From NCBI GenBank assembly GCA_043228905.1, contig JBHGNT010000002.1, positions 26,164,001 to 26,228,000 of the forward strand: a stretch of 64,000 nucleotides of DNA, given 5' to 3'. Below the pieces are notes generated by a model, which was given only the letters and a program-made list of their open reading frames with translations, searched no databases and had not been told where the DNA came from. Every line of letters begins with the position of its first letter. Positions within the stretch are counted from its first letter, which is position 1. Shown piece by piece: positions 37,119 through 49,314 of this stretch. Source of the stretch: Azolla caroliniana (lineage: Eukaryota; Plantae; Polypodiophyta). Both the position numbers and the translations under genes were made by a program.

Positions 37119-38281
37119 TTTAACTCTTCTTCTAATTGGCTAAGGACATCAAATTTGTTTGCGAGATTCGGACTATTAGTACTATTAGGACTATTATGAC
37201 TATGAGGATTATCAGAGATTCCTACTAACATAGACTCGGGTTTAGTATAGTCAAAACTAACAATGACTTGGTTTACCTGCCTTCTTGGTCTATGGGGACA
37301 GTTTATCGTGATATGCCCTGGTCCACCGCAATAAAGGCATAATCGGTTTGTTCGGCGTCGTTGCTTTTCCTCCTCCGATAGCGGCCCACGACGACGTGTA
37401 GTGTCAATTTCCATTGGAGTTGGAGTACTTACTGGAGGCGCATTATGTGACTCCCTTTGAAAAGGTTTCGCTACCATTGAGGCATAGGTAGGCTCGGATC
37501 TTGCCCTCGGCATCTGAAATTGTCGTTCCGAACGTCGCTCGAAGAGGCGGTTGTCACATCTGACCGCTCGACTGATTGCTTCTGTTAATGATTTTGGCTC
37601 TTCAGGGAAAGTCAAGAGTAAATCCTTGACATCGTTGCGTAGACCATAGCGGAACTGCTCCATCAATGCTTGATCATCCCAGGGGATATCGGCGGCGAGT
37701 AGGCGGAAATCTGCAGCATATGCGGAGGCTGGACGGTCACCTTGGCGTAATCGCCGGATTTTGTTGATTGCAGTCCTTATGCTGTCAGTATCTCCAAAAC
37801 ATGCTTTAAACTCACTTATGAATTCTTCAAAATTATTTAGTACTGGAGATTCCTTTTCTAGTAGCGGAGCGAACCATGCTAATGCTGAGCCATTTAACAA
37901 CGTGCCTACTAAACCCACTCGTGATGCATCGGTGGGATATCGGGACGGATGCATTTGAATAACTAACCGTACCTGGTTAAGAAACCCTCTAAACTGCGAT
38001 CGCGTTCCATCGAACTTCGTGGGAAGGCCAATCTTGGGTTCTTTATGAATCCCTTGTGCTCCGTGCCCTTGTTGTTGCATTGCTACGATGGTTGCTTCGA
38101 GTTGTTGCACGCGTAACGCAAGTTCCCCATGCTGTTGTTGCGTTTGCTGCTTTTCTAAGGAAATTTGCTGAAGATCCCCCAACAAGCGTTGATTTTCTTG
38201 TTCCAAAGCATGAAACTTCTCTTTCAAGCATTGAAATTCCGAGAAAACGGATTGATACTCTTCAGCGCTAACGGTGGCCAT
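37112..38281 (-). CDS. Gag (coiled coil, capsid, CCHC knuckle)
   Basis: LPTKFDGTRSQFRGF, LRQG..YAADF, FRYGL, PMEID and CLYCGGPGHITINC. Confidence 0.95.
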   Translation of the reverse strand: MATVSAEEYQSVFSEFQCLKEKFHALEQENQRLLGDLQQISLEKQQTQQQHGELALRVQQLEATIVAMQQQGHGAQGIHKEPKIGLPTKFDGTRSQFRGFLNQVRLVIQMHPSRYPTDASRVGLVGTLLNGSALAWFAPLLEKESPVLNNFEEFISEFKACFGDTDSIRTAINKIRRLRQGDRPASAYAADFRLLAADIPWDDQALMEQFRYGLRNDVKDLLLTFPEEPKSLTEAISRAVRCDNRLFERRSERQFQMPRARSEPTYASMVAKPFQRESHNAPPVSTPTPMEIDTTRRRGPLSEEEKQRRRTNRLCLYCGGPGHITINCPHRPRRQVNQVIVSFDYTKPESMLVGISDNPHSHNSPNSTNSPNLANKFDVLSQLEEELND

Positions 38282-38502
38282 GGGATGAAGGAAAAGGGAA
38301 ATAAGAGACTAGTAGGAAAGGAGAGAGACAGAAGGAAGAGGGAGACTAGTAGGGAAAATCGGTTCAAACTGTCAGGAACTCTATTAAGGCAGAGAAGGAA
38401 TTAGTACTAAAAGAAGGATTAGTACTATTGTTGGGGAATAGTACTAAGACAGAGAAGGATTAGTACTATGAGAGGTGTCGAACTTTGAGAGAAGGAATGA
38501 GT

Positions 38503-38546
<44 letters not shown>

Positions 38547-39735
38547 TGATGCGAAAGATATATGTATTATATGACGGAAGATATACAACAGTAGTTAGAA
38601 GGCTTAAGACTGGCGTTGAACCGATTTGGTTCGAACTAATGCCTTGCGCCTCCTTTTATAGTGTCTTCAGGAATACTCCTGAAGTTTCTAGAATGTTCCA
38701 GAGAAATCTGGAATATACATCAATTTCCTAATAAAACCTAAATGAAAATAATATCCTTCAAATTACAACTCATAACCTAATGGTAAAGTCTCGACCCGTG
38801 TAACAAAAGGTTATGGGTTCGAGTCTAGTTATGACACATCGGATGTGTGGATGTTTGCCAATGTTTTAGCTACTCGAGTAGTTGCAAGTTCTAGAAAAAA
38901 ATGGTTCTTGGATCCACCCTTCCTAGAATGCTTGTTGTGTTGCTCACTGTGGGTTTTTCAAAAAAAGCCTCTTTACAATTTGGACTGGTATCTAGCTAAT
39001 TACTAATGGAAAAAGGCGAGTGTTGGTGGAAATGGTAAACATTTGGAGTTTTTTCAATATTCAGTTAAGCTAGGTAGAAATTTGTTGTTGCAATCAAAGT
39101 ATAAATGCCTTGTTGCCATGAAGCATTGGATTGCAAATAATGTACATGCATTGCAACTTACCAAATTTTTGGAAATGGTTGTGGAGTATGCAATTGCCGA
39201 AAAAAGTGATTTGTTTTCGTTAGTTGTTGATGCATTATGTTCTTCCTGTTGGTGATTGGTTGAGACAAATTAGCAATATGCTTGTGGAATGCATAATTTT
39301 TGGTGCATCAATGGAATCTATTTTGCACGGTGTTCTGGTTATGTTCCAAGATCAAACAATTTTGGAGTAAGCTGTTTTTATTGCTGAGACAACATTATTC
39401 TTGTTCTATTTTCTCGTAGGGTGCAATATTATGGGGTGTCCTTCATGGAGATGTTATGAAGTATGAAAGTAGGCATGCTTCTCATCTCTTTCACTTTTCC
39501 CATGGACACCTCTATCTAACCTCGTTTCTATCTTCTATTCGACGGTTTATGTCATTGGCGTACTATTATGTCATTGGCTCTTTGGATAATATGGAAAGCG
39601 AGATTTGATGTCGTCTTTAATAATACGAACATACATCTCAACACCATGCTTATTGAATTATGGTTGTTATTTGTCCATACACTACGTGGTCAATATGATT
39701 ATCGGCAGGGTTCAGCTGATGTTCTAGGGCAACGT

Positions 39736-39910
39736 TGTCGCAGAAATCCGCGCGTGTGTGTCGGATAGGACAGGACCACTGGGGTCTTGGACTAGGGAGT
39801 AAGAGGAGGGAGATAAGCTTGGGAGTTCAACCGAGAAGGAAGAGAAAGATTAACATTCAAGAGATTAAGATTCAAGAGAATATGATCTAAACAAGACAAG
39901 ATACATTATC
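39736..39910 (-). mobile_element. Truncated LTR fragment related to the Trp-primed family
   Basis: TGTCGCAG...CGCGCGTGTGTG...GGACCACTGGGGTCTTGGAC resembles the LTR end at 25076/31476. The right boundary is approximate. Confidence 0.65.
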
Positions 39911-41335
39911 ACCTCTGGAAACATGCCAGAGGAATTGGACAGGGGATGATACATCTCATTCCTAAAAGTGGTGGAAGTGCCAATGACATTAGTAAGTGGC
40001 GGCCCATAACTCTCCTCAATACTGTCTATAAGTTGCTCGCAAAAATCATGGCACGCCGCTTACCACCACTTCTCCCTTAGCTCATTCATCCGTCCCATAT
40101 AGGTTTTGTTAGAAATTGGAGCATCCTAGACAATCAACACTCTCTAGCTTTCTCAACTCGCGACATCTAAGCCTACGTGGTCTTCGTGTGACGCATTCTT
40201 ACCAAAGCCTCCTAGATATAGAATTTGCAAATGACACCGTGGTCTACTTGCAAGGCGACTGGGAAAATTTACAAAAGCTAGAAAGTGGTCTAGACGTATT
40301 TTGCAAGCGATCCAATGCCATGATCAATTGGCACAAATCCTGTGCAATATGGCTCTCTCATGATGCACATCCTGTGTGGCACCCAGATCCCGCTTTCAAG
40401 TGGATCAATAAAGGTGAGAGCACCAAATATTTGGGTTTCCAAATTGGGTTCAACATACCTCCCGAGACTATGATTACACCAATTATTCACTCCATACGAC
40501 AAAAGTTAACACATTGGAGTTCGAAAAAACTCTCGATAGCGGGGCGCATCATAGTGGCCAACCAGGTATTACTCGCGACAACATGGTACAACCTATCATG
40601 TTGGACAATCTCCAAGGAAAGTATACACTAGATTTAGCGACTCGTATGCAACTACATTTGGTCTTGTAAGGAAGATCATGCAACTCGGGCCAAGGTGGTG
40701 TGGCCTATACTCACATCACCTAAGTCAAGTGGAGGATTGGGTCTTATTGATCCCCTCTAACAATCAAAAGCCCTACTCGCCAAATTTGTGGTGCGAGGAC
40801 TCCAACCAGGGAATGACTGCTGGAAAATGTTCTTGCGATTACGCTTCACTTACTTTAGGCCATGAAAAGGGACCAATTGGGCCCCCCAAACTAGATGGAT
40901 TCTAAACATGGATCTCAAACCTAGTTTCTCCCGCCAACTGGAGGATAGATTTAGTGCATCCATGTGGAAGGCATGGTGTGACATTAGACGAGGACTCAAG
41001 TGCGATCAACCCAATTTCGAACCTGCCTGGCTCAGTCAACGTATCCTTTGGAACCCATGTATTAGGGATGAATCTAATCAACTAATTGGATCAAGTAAGG
41101 GGTTGTGATGGGGATACATGTCGGAAGGTCTAGGAAAAAGTATAGAATGTTGGAGACGGTTTATGTCATTGCCAATGCAAGACCAAGCCAACATCCTCCA
41201 TGGAATCAGGGGCGGATGGGCTATGAGATTTGAAATCATTAACGCTCTACTGATTAGGGAAGTTGCTCGTCAAAGGACGACAACGGAGAAATGGATAGGC
41301 TACAAGGAGGAGAGCTCTTTGCTCTCAAGAGGTAG

Positions 41336-43825
41336 GAACACCTTTGCGTTCACAAGTGGAAGCATTGCGCATTCCACTTATAGATTCCTTTTATAATCTT
41401 GCGATTTTAGACAATTTCCAAAAACTTGATACACTAGTATCACTTGTTTGAAATAGCATGTAAAATTTGCTAATTTTTTGAGATTTAACAAGTTTCAAAA
41501 TGATAATTTCTAAAATTGAATAGTTTTTCAATAAATGTTTAAATGTTGATGGTTTGTAGATATGAAATGTAGTTAACTTAAAGAAAATCACAATGGTCAA
41601 CTCAAGGCACAAGTTAAGATTAATGGTTTCACCATCTTGAGCAGATTAAGATTACATCTATTGTTAGACTTGAAAATGTTTTAAGTATAAAAGGTAATAT
41701 TGCAATCCTTAATGTCATCATCTATAAATTAGTGCTCATTAACATCCATAAATTCACAACTCAAGAAATGTAGACAATATTCATAAACAATTTTGATACA
41801 ATTTGATACAATGTATCGAATTCATGTTTAAAGTATTTTTTTTCAATTTTTTTTCAATGTTTTTCAATTTTTTTGATTTATTTTTATTTTTTATGGAAAA
41901 AATAATAATTTTAAACATGAATTTGATACATTGTATCGACTTGTGGTAAAAACTTTGGTTTTTTCATCACTTATTAAAGCACAAAAAAATATTCTAAAAA
42001 AAAACACAAAATACCAAAATAAATAGACAAAAACGCAATTTATTTTTTTAAAACCCGATAAAAAACTTTAAACATGAACTCGATACAATGTATCGAGTTC
42101 ATGTCAAAAAGTTGAGTTTTCAACATGAACTCGATATATTGTATCGAGTTTGTGTTAAAAAATTGACTTTTCTACACGAACTCAATATAATGTATCGAGT
42201 TCATGTTGAAAACTCGATGCAATGTATCGAGTTCGTGTCGAAACATTTTCAACACAAACTCGATACGATGTCTCGAGTTCATGTTGAAAAAACAGAGTTT
42301 TAAACATGAACTCGATACGACGTATTGAGTTCATGTTTAAAGTTTTATTTTGGATTTTTTTTTTTTTTAATAATTACATTTTTTCTATTTTATTTTGGTA
42401 TTTTGTTTATTTTTATTTTTATTTGAGCTTTAATAAGTGATGAAAAAAGCAGAGTTTTTATCACAAGTCGATACAATGTATCGAATTAATGTTTAAAATT
42501 ATTATTTTTTCCATAAAAAATAAAAATAAATCAAAAAAATTGAAAAATAATAATAATAAATTGAAAAAAATAAAAAAAAATTAAACATGAACTCGATACA
42601 TTGTATCGAATTGTGATGAAAATTTTGGTTTTTCTATCATCTCAAGCTTAATTTATTATTATTATTATTATTATTTAAATCCGGTAAAAAAAACTTTGAG
42701 CAAGAATTCAATACATTGTATGGAATTATGATGAAAACTCTATTTTTTACATCAACTGATACAACATATCGAGTTAATGTTTAAAATCTTATTGTTTTTC
42801 AAATAAAAGAGGTTCTTTAAACATGAACTTGAATCGTACTAAAATCTTTGTTTTTACAAGAGAAAAAGATGCATATCGATAGTGCAAACAAGTATGTTGT
42901 ACAATAAGATACTTTATGGTGAATATGTGCATCATTGATTAACAAAAAACTATTAATAATTGTGTTGATGGTAATTGAACCTTGCAAATGTCATTTACAC
43001 AGTCCATAAAGTGTTTGTGTGGTTCTCAATCACTACTTAATGTTGATCTTTATAGTTAGAACGAAGGATGACAACACAAGCATAACTCAGGTGACAAGGA
43101 AACTTGCAAGAAGTCAAGGTGGGGATATTAATAGCTGCACATGTAGATGGCCATGACCTAGGGTACCAATTCTGCATTGGTAAAGTTTTGGACATGATGA
43201 TGCATTAAACATCTATCATTGACATTAATGAGGTGGATATCATTATGTATGACTTTACACTGACAAAAGTTGGATGTTTAAGGACAACAACAATATACAT
43301 AATAAAAGAGATATTAGCAAGTCTAGAAGATATCTCAGATTGAAGGCGAAGAAGATTTATTGCACACAATTTGGAGATACCATTTGGTGAAGACAATGAT
43401 TTGATTGGTACATTGGAAGATGAGGAGAAAGAGTCACAATTGTAAATTATCGAGTCATGCAAATAACTCCCAAATGTATTTGTTGTGCAACTATTGTAAC
43501 AAATTTAGACAATTTTATCGAATGGAATAAAAACATTCATTGTTTTGAAATCTTCTACTTTCGATTTCTTTAAGATCTAAAAACTTATTAGTTGTCATTT
43601 TTCTTTAAAAATCCACAAAGTTACTTTTCGTATTTGACCCAAATTTGGCATTTTTCAATTTTACCAAATGGTGAAATTTTTAACTTTTTCATCAAGTTTT
43701 GGAGAACATGTGATACTAGTATCAAGATGTTTTGTGAAATGGCAAAAAAAACCCAAAATCAAATGGAATCTTCCTTATCCTTCCACTTGTGTGCGATCCT
43801 TCCACTTGTGAACGCGAATGTGTTT
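41336..43825. mobile_element. Non-autonomous TIR DNA transposon (superfamily unresolved) with an internal palindrome array
   Basis: ~27-bp TIRs GAACACCTTTGCGTTCACAAGTGGAAG and CTTCCACTTGTGAACGCGAATGTGTTT. It interrupts the L1 relic; no clear TSD. Confidence 0.75.
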
Positions 43826-44786
43826 AAGGACACATCGGACAAGATCGAAGGCTCTGAACTGCAGGACAACGAGGCATCAACACAACGTAAGGCAATTCAA
43901 GTACTAGCATATACTGGGCATAAATGGATTGTAGATCCTGATCCGATCAAAGTACAACTAGATTGGCATATATTCTTTAAGATCTAAAAACTTATTAGTT
44001 GTCATTTTTCTTTAAAAATCCACAAAGTTACTTTTCGTATTTGACCCAAATTTGGCATTTTTCAATTTTACCAAATGGTGAAATTTTTAACTTTTTCATC
44101 AAGTTTTGGAGAACATGTGATACTAGTATCAAGATGTTTTGTGAAATGGCAAAAAAAACCCAAAATCAAATGGAATCTTCCTTATCCTTCCACTTGTGTG
44201 CGATCCTTCCACTTGTGAACGCGAATGTGTTTAAGGACACATCGGACAAGATCGAAGGCTCTGAACTGCAGGACAACGAGGCATCAACACAACGTAAGGC
44301 AATTCAAGTACTAGCATATACTGGGCATAAATGGATTGTAGATCCTGATCCGATCAAAGTACAACTAGATTGGCATATATTCTTTAAGATCTAAAAACTT
44401 ATTAGTTGTCATTTTTCTTTAAAAATCCACAAAGTTACTTTTCGTATTTGACCCAAATTTGGCATTTTTCAATTTTACCAAATGGTGAAATTTTTAACTT
44501 TTTCATCAAGTTTTGGAGAACATGTGATACTAGTATCAAGATGTTTTGTGAAATGGCAAAAAAAACCCAAAATCAAATGGAATCTTCCTTATCCTTCCAC
44601 TTGTGTGCGATCCTTCCACTTGTGAACGCGAATGTGTTTAAGGACACATCGGACAAGATCGAAGGCTCTGAACTGCAGGACAACGAGGCATCAACACAAC
44701 GTAAGGCAATTCAAGTACTAGCATATACTGGGCATAAATGGATTGTAGATCCTGATCCGATCAAAGTACAACTAGATTGGCACATA
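43566..44786. repeat. 407-bp tandem triplication
   Basis: Units start at 43566, 43973 and 44380; the translated ORFs 43592, 43999 and 44406 are identical. Confidence 0.95.
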
Positions 44787-45010
44787 TGTACTCATGAAAA
44801 CACATGGCTACGTAAGGTCAGTTGGGACCCTTTGCAATGGACATGGTGTGATCCCTACGCGGGGCAAGGAAGCAAACCTATCCCTTTCTTTCAATTCACA
44901 ACTAGATTGGGTCGCCATATTATAGCCGCTCAATCTACCCAAGATCCAGCTACTGCAAAGGTCTAGAAAACATATCATGTTCCTAACACAATTATCACCA
45001 AATTTTGGCA

Positions 45011-45106
45011 GAAAATCTGGAAACAACAACACGTGAGGCGAATCACCACTTTCCAATGGAAAATCTGGAAACAACAACACGTGAGGCGAATCACCACTTT
45101 CCAATG
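45011..45106. repeat. Exact 48-bp tandem duplication within the L1 relic
   Basis: GAAAATCTGGAAACAACAACACGTGAGGCGAATCACCACTTTCCAATG occurs twice in tandem. Confidence 0.95.
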
Positions 45107-48046
45107 GCTATTAATACATAAGTCACTACCGGTTGGTGCATGGCAGTGTGGGAACCTCGGCTCTCCTAATTGTGTAGTGTGTCCAATTGTAGTAGAATCA
45201 ATATGACACGCTCTCTGGGACTACCTAGAGTCGCATCAAATATGGCAGGGGGTTGGCCGCTTATTGCAATTATGCTAGGTGCAAGGCTCAATCAAGTGGG
45301 GGAATGTATGTTGGCTATCATGGCAGGCCGCAGTTGACAGATATGAGCATCAGGAAGCGGGGGTGACTTTGGTTATAAAAGCACAAGAGTTTTTTTTCTC
45401 CATCGTCGACAATTTCCACTCAACTCCTATCAATGCCAAATCTCAAGTAGTTTTAGAATTGGTTAGCCCAATAACTCTTTGGATTCTATGGAAACAACGG
45501 TGTAGACGGCTCTTCTTCAACCAAACCGTGCAACCAATAGTGTTAATGCAAGAGATATGGAGTGAAGTGGTAGCCACTCTAAAGAGCTAATATGATGGCC
45601 TCAAGGGTGACTCTGATGGAGTTGAAAGACAACGACTACTAGCCTTCATCCAACAATGGCCGTTCTCCCCTTTTATTGAGTCGGTGGGCATCCACATAAG
45701 ATGGACCTATCGTGTCCCTACAGAGATTTGTATATACTAATCTCATATGTAAAATTTTATAACTAATGGAAGGAGTTTTTTTTTGGAAAAAAGAAAAAAG
45801 AAAAAAGACAAGATACATTATGGGAAGCACCACACCAATTACAATTGTGGTTGTGTAGGCTGAATGTAAACCCTCTAGATGAAACTCTAACTGGATAGGG
45901 GAAAAGAAGAAGAAGAAGAAGAAGAAGAAGACGAATGGAACCCCTAAAACGAGATCCTAAAACCCAAAATTTCGAAACCCAAAAAGTGGAAGCCCCTCCT
46001 CACTCAAAATAGGCAACCACTTCACAAGAGACCCCTCACTCCCTTTTATAGTAGTAAGGGGTGAGGCACATTACAAAAGGAGAGGTTAAATCCCCTTCTT
46101 TCAATGGGGAATATTTGGCCTTCATCTTAAATCGGTGGGCCTTTAACTCTCTCTCCTCTCACAATCACACTCAATGCCCACTACTCCCTACACCCATTCT
46201 TCCTGTACTTTCCTCTATTCTACAAAGTGCACATCACTTTTACACCCCACACCTTACTTTTCCTTCTTACATTGTCTATTTACTCCTATGTCACAATTTT
46301 CCTAAGTATATGTGCAATGTTGCACATCTCGCTTTATTCGTTCCGCTCGGGTTTTCTCACCATGGCCGAAAATCCTCACGACAACGTTAACTGGCCTTTA
46401 AGAAATGATGGCAAGGGCTTCACTTATTTTCAGAGACAACTTCTGGCCTGAGATGGAATTATGCCATACCTTCTTTTTTGTTGCATAGCTCGTAGTTTTT
46501 GCTCCACTTATTTCTTATATGATATCATCTGTTTAATCAAATGTTGGTACTAGCCTTTGTATCACAATAGAAGTGTATCTTCTTCTTCTTTTTAAAGGAT
46601 ATTTGGAGATGGTTCGTTTTTTGCACTTATTTTGTTTTCGCAACATATAGTATAATATGACTTAAAGCGTTGTGAAATGAATGTAGGAGTTTTTGGTGAA
46701 TGTGGAATAAGAAAGAATTGGTTGGCAGAGGTTACAACTTGGGTGAAGAGGGAGAAATGGGCTCATGGTTAGTTTTCCTGAGCAAAACAAAATTTTTCTT
46801 TGATTATTATCGCAAAAAAATGCTAGGTAATAATACATTCATATTTTCAAATTCCCCCAAGGATAGAAGTACATCTATCCTAAATAGGGATTATGAAAGG
46901 ATCGTGGATATCGTGATACTAACATTGAATGTTGGATATCTTACACGTCACATTTAAGGGGTTTTAATAGGGAATGATAAGAGTAGGCCAAAACGCTTCT
47001 TAACATCCGTTGAAGTGAGAGGAATTGTGATCCTAACAAAGCTAACATTCTACCTATCCAAGATATGACACTCGTACTCAAAAGGGTATCTCGGTTTGTA
47101 TCTTGTTTCAGCACAATAAAGAACCCTTGATAATGGCAAAATAATAGATTAAATAGCATTTAGAACCAAAAGTAATGTAGTTTCTACCCAACCAACCATT
47201 CTTAACATGTAGATTATTGTGAAGAACTCAACCAGATATACAGCTTTTTGTGGGTGAGAGAAACAAGGAACGAATAGTCTTGAACATAAATCTAGCCTAC
47301 TCGGACAAACCTCTTAACCCCACCCCTAACTCTCAAATAGTTATCCACCAATTAAGAAAGATTCTCACAGAAGACTTGCATCACAGACAATTAATAAGTT
47401 ACTCCTTAACTAGCAAAGGAAATGTGGTATTTGACTAGTGCAAAACAATGCAACTTACCAATACCCAGCAGCCACATTTCTATTTATGCACAGCTTATGG
47501 TGGCAGAAGAAATGCATTTTTCCTAAGGTTTATAAATTGATACTTGATCTTTTGTTCCTGCTATTGAATTCTTTTTTCAGTCTTCATAAGATCAATATTG
47601 ATTTCGGTTAACATACATAGATAGATAGTCCGAGGAAGAAAAATACTCTATATAGCTATTGAAATTAAGTTCCATCTTCATACATCAAATATTAAATCTT
47701 TGGTTAAGAATAAGAATCTACAAAGTTGATTGACCAAGAAAGCTAATGAAATTTTCTTCCATCTTATATATACAAGTTTGCTTAACTATTTGAAAAGAAA
47801 TCAAGGAAAAAGAAAGGAGAAGGGGCTCAGAAAATAAGAATTCGTTGTAAAAATGAAAAATAAAATATTATAGTATATAGTATGGAAATTTTGTGCATAT
47901 ATATAATAATATAATAAACATGAAAGCTATTTGAGTGTGCAATCCCTTGACACCTTGGAATGCCGAGCCCTAGAGATGCTGCACGACTATTATACCAAAC
48001 ACTCAATCAACTGTAGGGCAAGAACCAAACGAAAGAAAATGGTGTA

Positions 48047-49035
48047 TCACAATGCTGTACGAGAATGATCTGATGGCATCCACCGTGTCAAATAATGCGC
48101 TTCGCCGGTGAAAACATTGCTAAATTCACCTACACGCCACGGATGACCTTCGAATCCCGATTGTCCAATCGGAATATACTCACTGCCATCTTTATGGCAA
48201 AACTCCTTTAAGCATGTGCTCACAGTGTTCACGTCGCATCTGAGTTGTGCCCAGTTGTGGTCAAGTTGCTCCCAGCTAGGTTGCACTGGCCAACCACCAA
48301 CTAACAACCTTGGTCCATCACCAAAGTCATGCAAAACAGACTCCACCAAGCAAGGACCATTTAATACCTTGGTCAATTCTCCGTGTGAATCGCCCCAACC
48401 AGTCGGCTCAATGGCTGCATCCATCCTTAAGGCCATCCCTGCAAGTGAAGATAACACCGGGTCTCCCTGGCATGGTGGTGGATTGGCAAAGATGAAAGCA
48501 TCTCCATCACATCCTGATGCTGGCAGTGGCTCTAAATCACCCCAGCCACTTGGCTCAATTGGCTGTCCAGCCACCACGAGCCTCCGCCCATCCACGCAAT
48601 CCTCCAGCACTGCATCTACCATAAAGGGCACACTCGACGTGATAGCCAATGTTTCTTCATTCCAAACAGTACCAGGTAGCTTCTCACTCTCTCCTTCATG
48701 TGGACATATACCTATATAATTTTGCTCACTTTTCTCGTATGCTAATTTCTCCTCTTCATCAGTTAGACCTACTGGAGATCTCGGGATGTCGATAGCTTCT
48801 TCAACAACATCTTGCTCCTCCCAATCTACAGTGTTAACATAAAGATCATTCTTTAATTTTGGCACCCAACATGGCTTTCTTTCATTCTTCGCTTTTTGCC
48901 GCTGTTGAGAGGCCAAGAGTGCTTCAGCTGCACCAGAATCATTCCATTGCATAACACGATCATATAGGGCCTTGCCTATAGTATCTCGAAGGTACTCCGC
49001 ATCTAGAACCTCTTCCATCCACGGCACATTCCTAC
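48047..49035 (-). CDS. Large terminal exon of an uncharacterised land-plant protein (VPW...WNDSG.EA...DLY...VDW family) with acidic GW-containing repeats
   Basis: 326-codon ORF with acceptor TTCAG at 49036-49040. The motif spacing resembles, from recollection, a conserved plant uncharacterised family. Probable upstream exons at 49776-49819 and ending at 50572; start codon unresolved. Confidence 0.7.
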
Positions 49036-49262
49036 CTGAATGTACAAACCATCTTCAGAGATAATAAGTTGTAAATTTAAGTCTCTCCATCTTATTTTGG
49101 ATATCTCATTAAGCATAATTGAAGTCTACCACACTCTGACCATATGAGCAACATTTTCCTAAATATTTATTTGTAGAAATACGTACATATCTAGGCATAT
49201 ATTTATATAGATATACATATCGATGTTTAAAATTTACACAACTAACCTGCATACACACACAC

Positions 49263-49314
<52 letters not shown>

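Larger units (their letters stand above)
33065..38836 (-). mobile_element. Intact young chromoviral Ty3/gypsy retrotransposon (Tcn1/Tf1-sushi-like)
   Basis: LTRs at 33065-33535 and 38370-38836 (TG...CA) appear identical except for (GA)n length. TSD CATCG (33060-33064, 38837-38841), PPT AAAGGGGGGATAG, and uninterrupted gag and pol. Confidence 0.97.
24626..39735 (+). pseudogene. Old fragmented L1 ORF2 relic hosting the two Ty3/gypsy insertions (pieces ~24626-25075, 32171-33059, 38842-39735)
   Basis: Remnants IYAPN and LLDRMY (endonuclease), FFQYSVKLGRNLLLQ and ELWLLFVHTLRGQYD match equivalent segments of the 16.5-kb L1 ORF2. Confidence 0.7.
39925..45810 (+). pseudogene. Degenerate L1 3' half (RT to A-rich tail), interrupted by a TIR element and local duplications
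   Basis: GMIHLIPK..WRPITLLN, KYLGFQIG, KKLSIAGRIIVANQVL, WDPLQW, PITLWILWKQRC; tail TTTTGGAAAAAAG at ~45780-45810. Confidence 0.85.

Noticed and set aside
42060-42345. Regularly spaced palindromes resembling a CRISPR array
   Set aside because: Eukaryotic context, no cas genes, the ~18-nt spacers resemble each other, and the array lies inside a TIR element.
43592-44966. Three-copy 131-186 aa gene family
   Set aside because: The ORFs are chimeras of a transposon end and L1 relic created by the 407-bp triplication, and they start at TTG.
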